Part shown: piece by piece, positions 63,296-64,000 of the stretch
Layout of the letters: each line of letters opens with the position of its first letter
Position numbering within the stretch: position 1 is the stretch's first letter
NCBI GenBank assembly: GCA_030390025.1
Contig: CM059432.1
Location: 44,952,001 to 45,016,000, forward strand
Origin: Squalus acanthias
Taxonomy: Eukaryota
DNA: 64,000 nt
Direction of reading: 5' to 3'
Made by a program: the position numbers and the translations under genes
Notes under the pieces: model-generated
The model's input: only the letters and a program-made list of their open reading frames with translations
What the model was told of the DNA's origin: nothing
Databases searched by the model: none

Positions 63296-64000
63296 CACCA
63301 TTCAGGCTCACACAGGAAGAATGACCCTTACGTTGAGGATCCTGAAAGCTGCCAATGGAAAAGTGATGTTTTCAAGAGAAATTAGAAGAAAAGGAGATAC
63401 AATTGAAATCAAAATTATTTCCTGAGGACTACAAAGGTGTATTGTAAATATACTGATGGTTGGAGAACTTTGAAATTATGGGATTATTAAAATAATTATT
63501 GGGGGCAGGGTGCAGAGTTTGATTTTTTTTTAACAGCTCATGCCTCTTACAGACTTTCAACTTATGGTTGAGCGGATAGTCAATTGTACTTTATTGCCAT
63601 TCTGAAGCACTAGTTTTATAGAGAAGGGCTTTTAGTGACCATGGAAAATGAGACTTTGCCCTGAGAAGTAGGACTATTAAACTGGTAAACAAGCCAAGTA
63701 CCTTGTTATAGCATTTTATTCATGAGATCTTGTCAGAGGTTATTTTCCTTGACTTTCATTTGCTTACAGCGATCTAAAATGATGCATCTCCAATTACAAA
63801 TTTTATCGATGAAAACCATTAAAAACTGTGTATGTTGAGAGGAAGGTATTAAAGGAAAATTGGATTAGGGCAATAGGTCTATCGAAGGAGCCACAAGAGC
63901 TCTTCCTAACATCTGCTGAAGGAAAAGAAAATAATATTTTTAGCAACAGTGCTAAAGCAAGGGTAGATTAGGAAAGAATGAATTAATAATTATGCCAAGA

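Noticed and set aside
63500..64000. Possible very old CR1 remnant
   Set aside because: The resemblance is faint and there is no intact motif I can support.

Overview
This is repeat-dominated, apparently non-genic vertebrate DNA. The repeat content points to a cartilaginous fish (shark): Deu-domain SacSINE1-like SINEs, CR1 LINEs with (CATAGAA)n-type tails, Penelope elements carrying minimal hammerhead ribozymes, and PIF/Harbinger elements and MITEs. I could not support any host protein-coding exon. The long, recognisable ORFs are transposon pieces or their antisense shadows. Two observations stand out. (1) A single-ORF APE-RT LINE family (best copy 12401-15650) starts with a tRNA-like A-box/B-box head in two independent copies. 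It has no TTTT run on its 3.25-kb sense strand and no conserved in-frame AUG before the endonuclease domain, which together suggest an autonomous retrotransposon transcribed by RNA polymerase III. (2) A CR1 copy is inserted antisense into a related CR1, with its 5' truncation at the position homologous to the insertion site. This forms a ~2-kb inverted repeat (54257-58287), and two weaker parallels occur elsewhere in the window. All calls come from reading the sequence by eye; no searches were run, and boundaries without TIR or TSD support are approximate.
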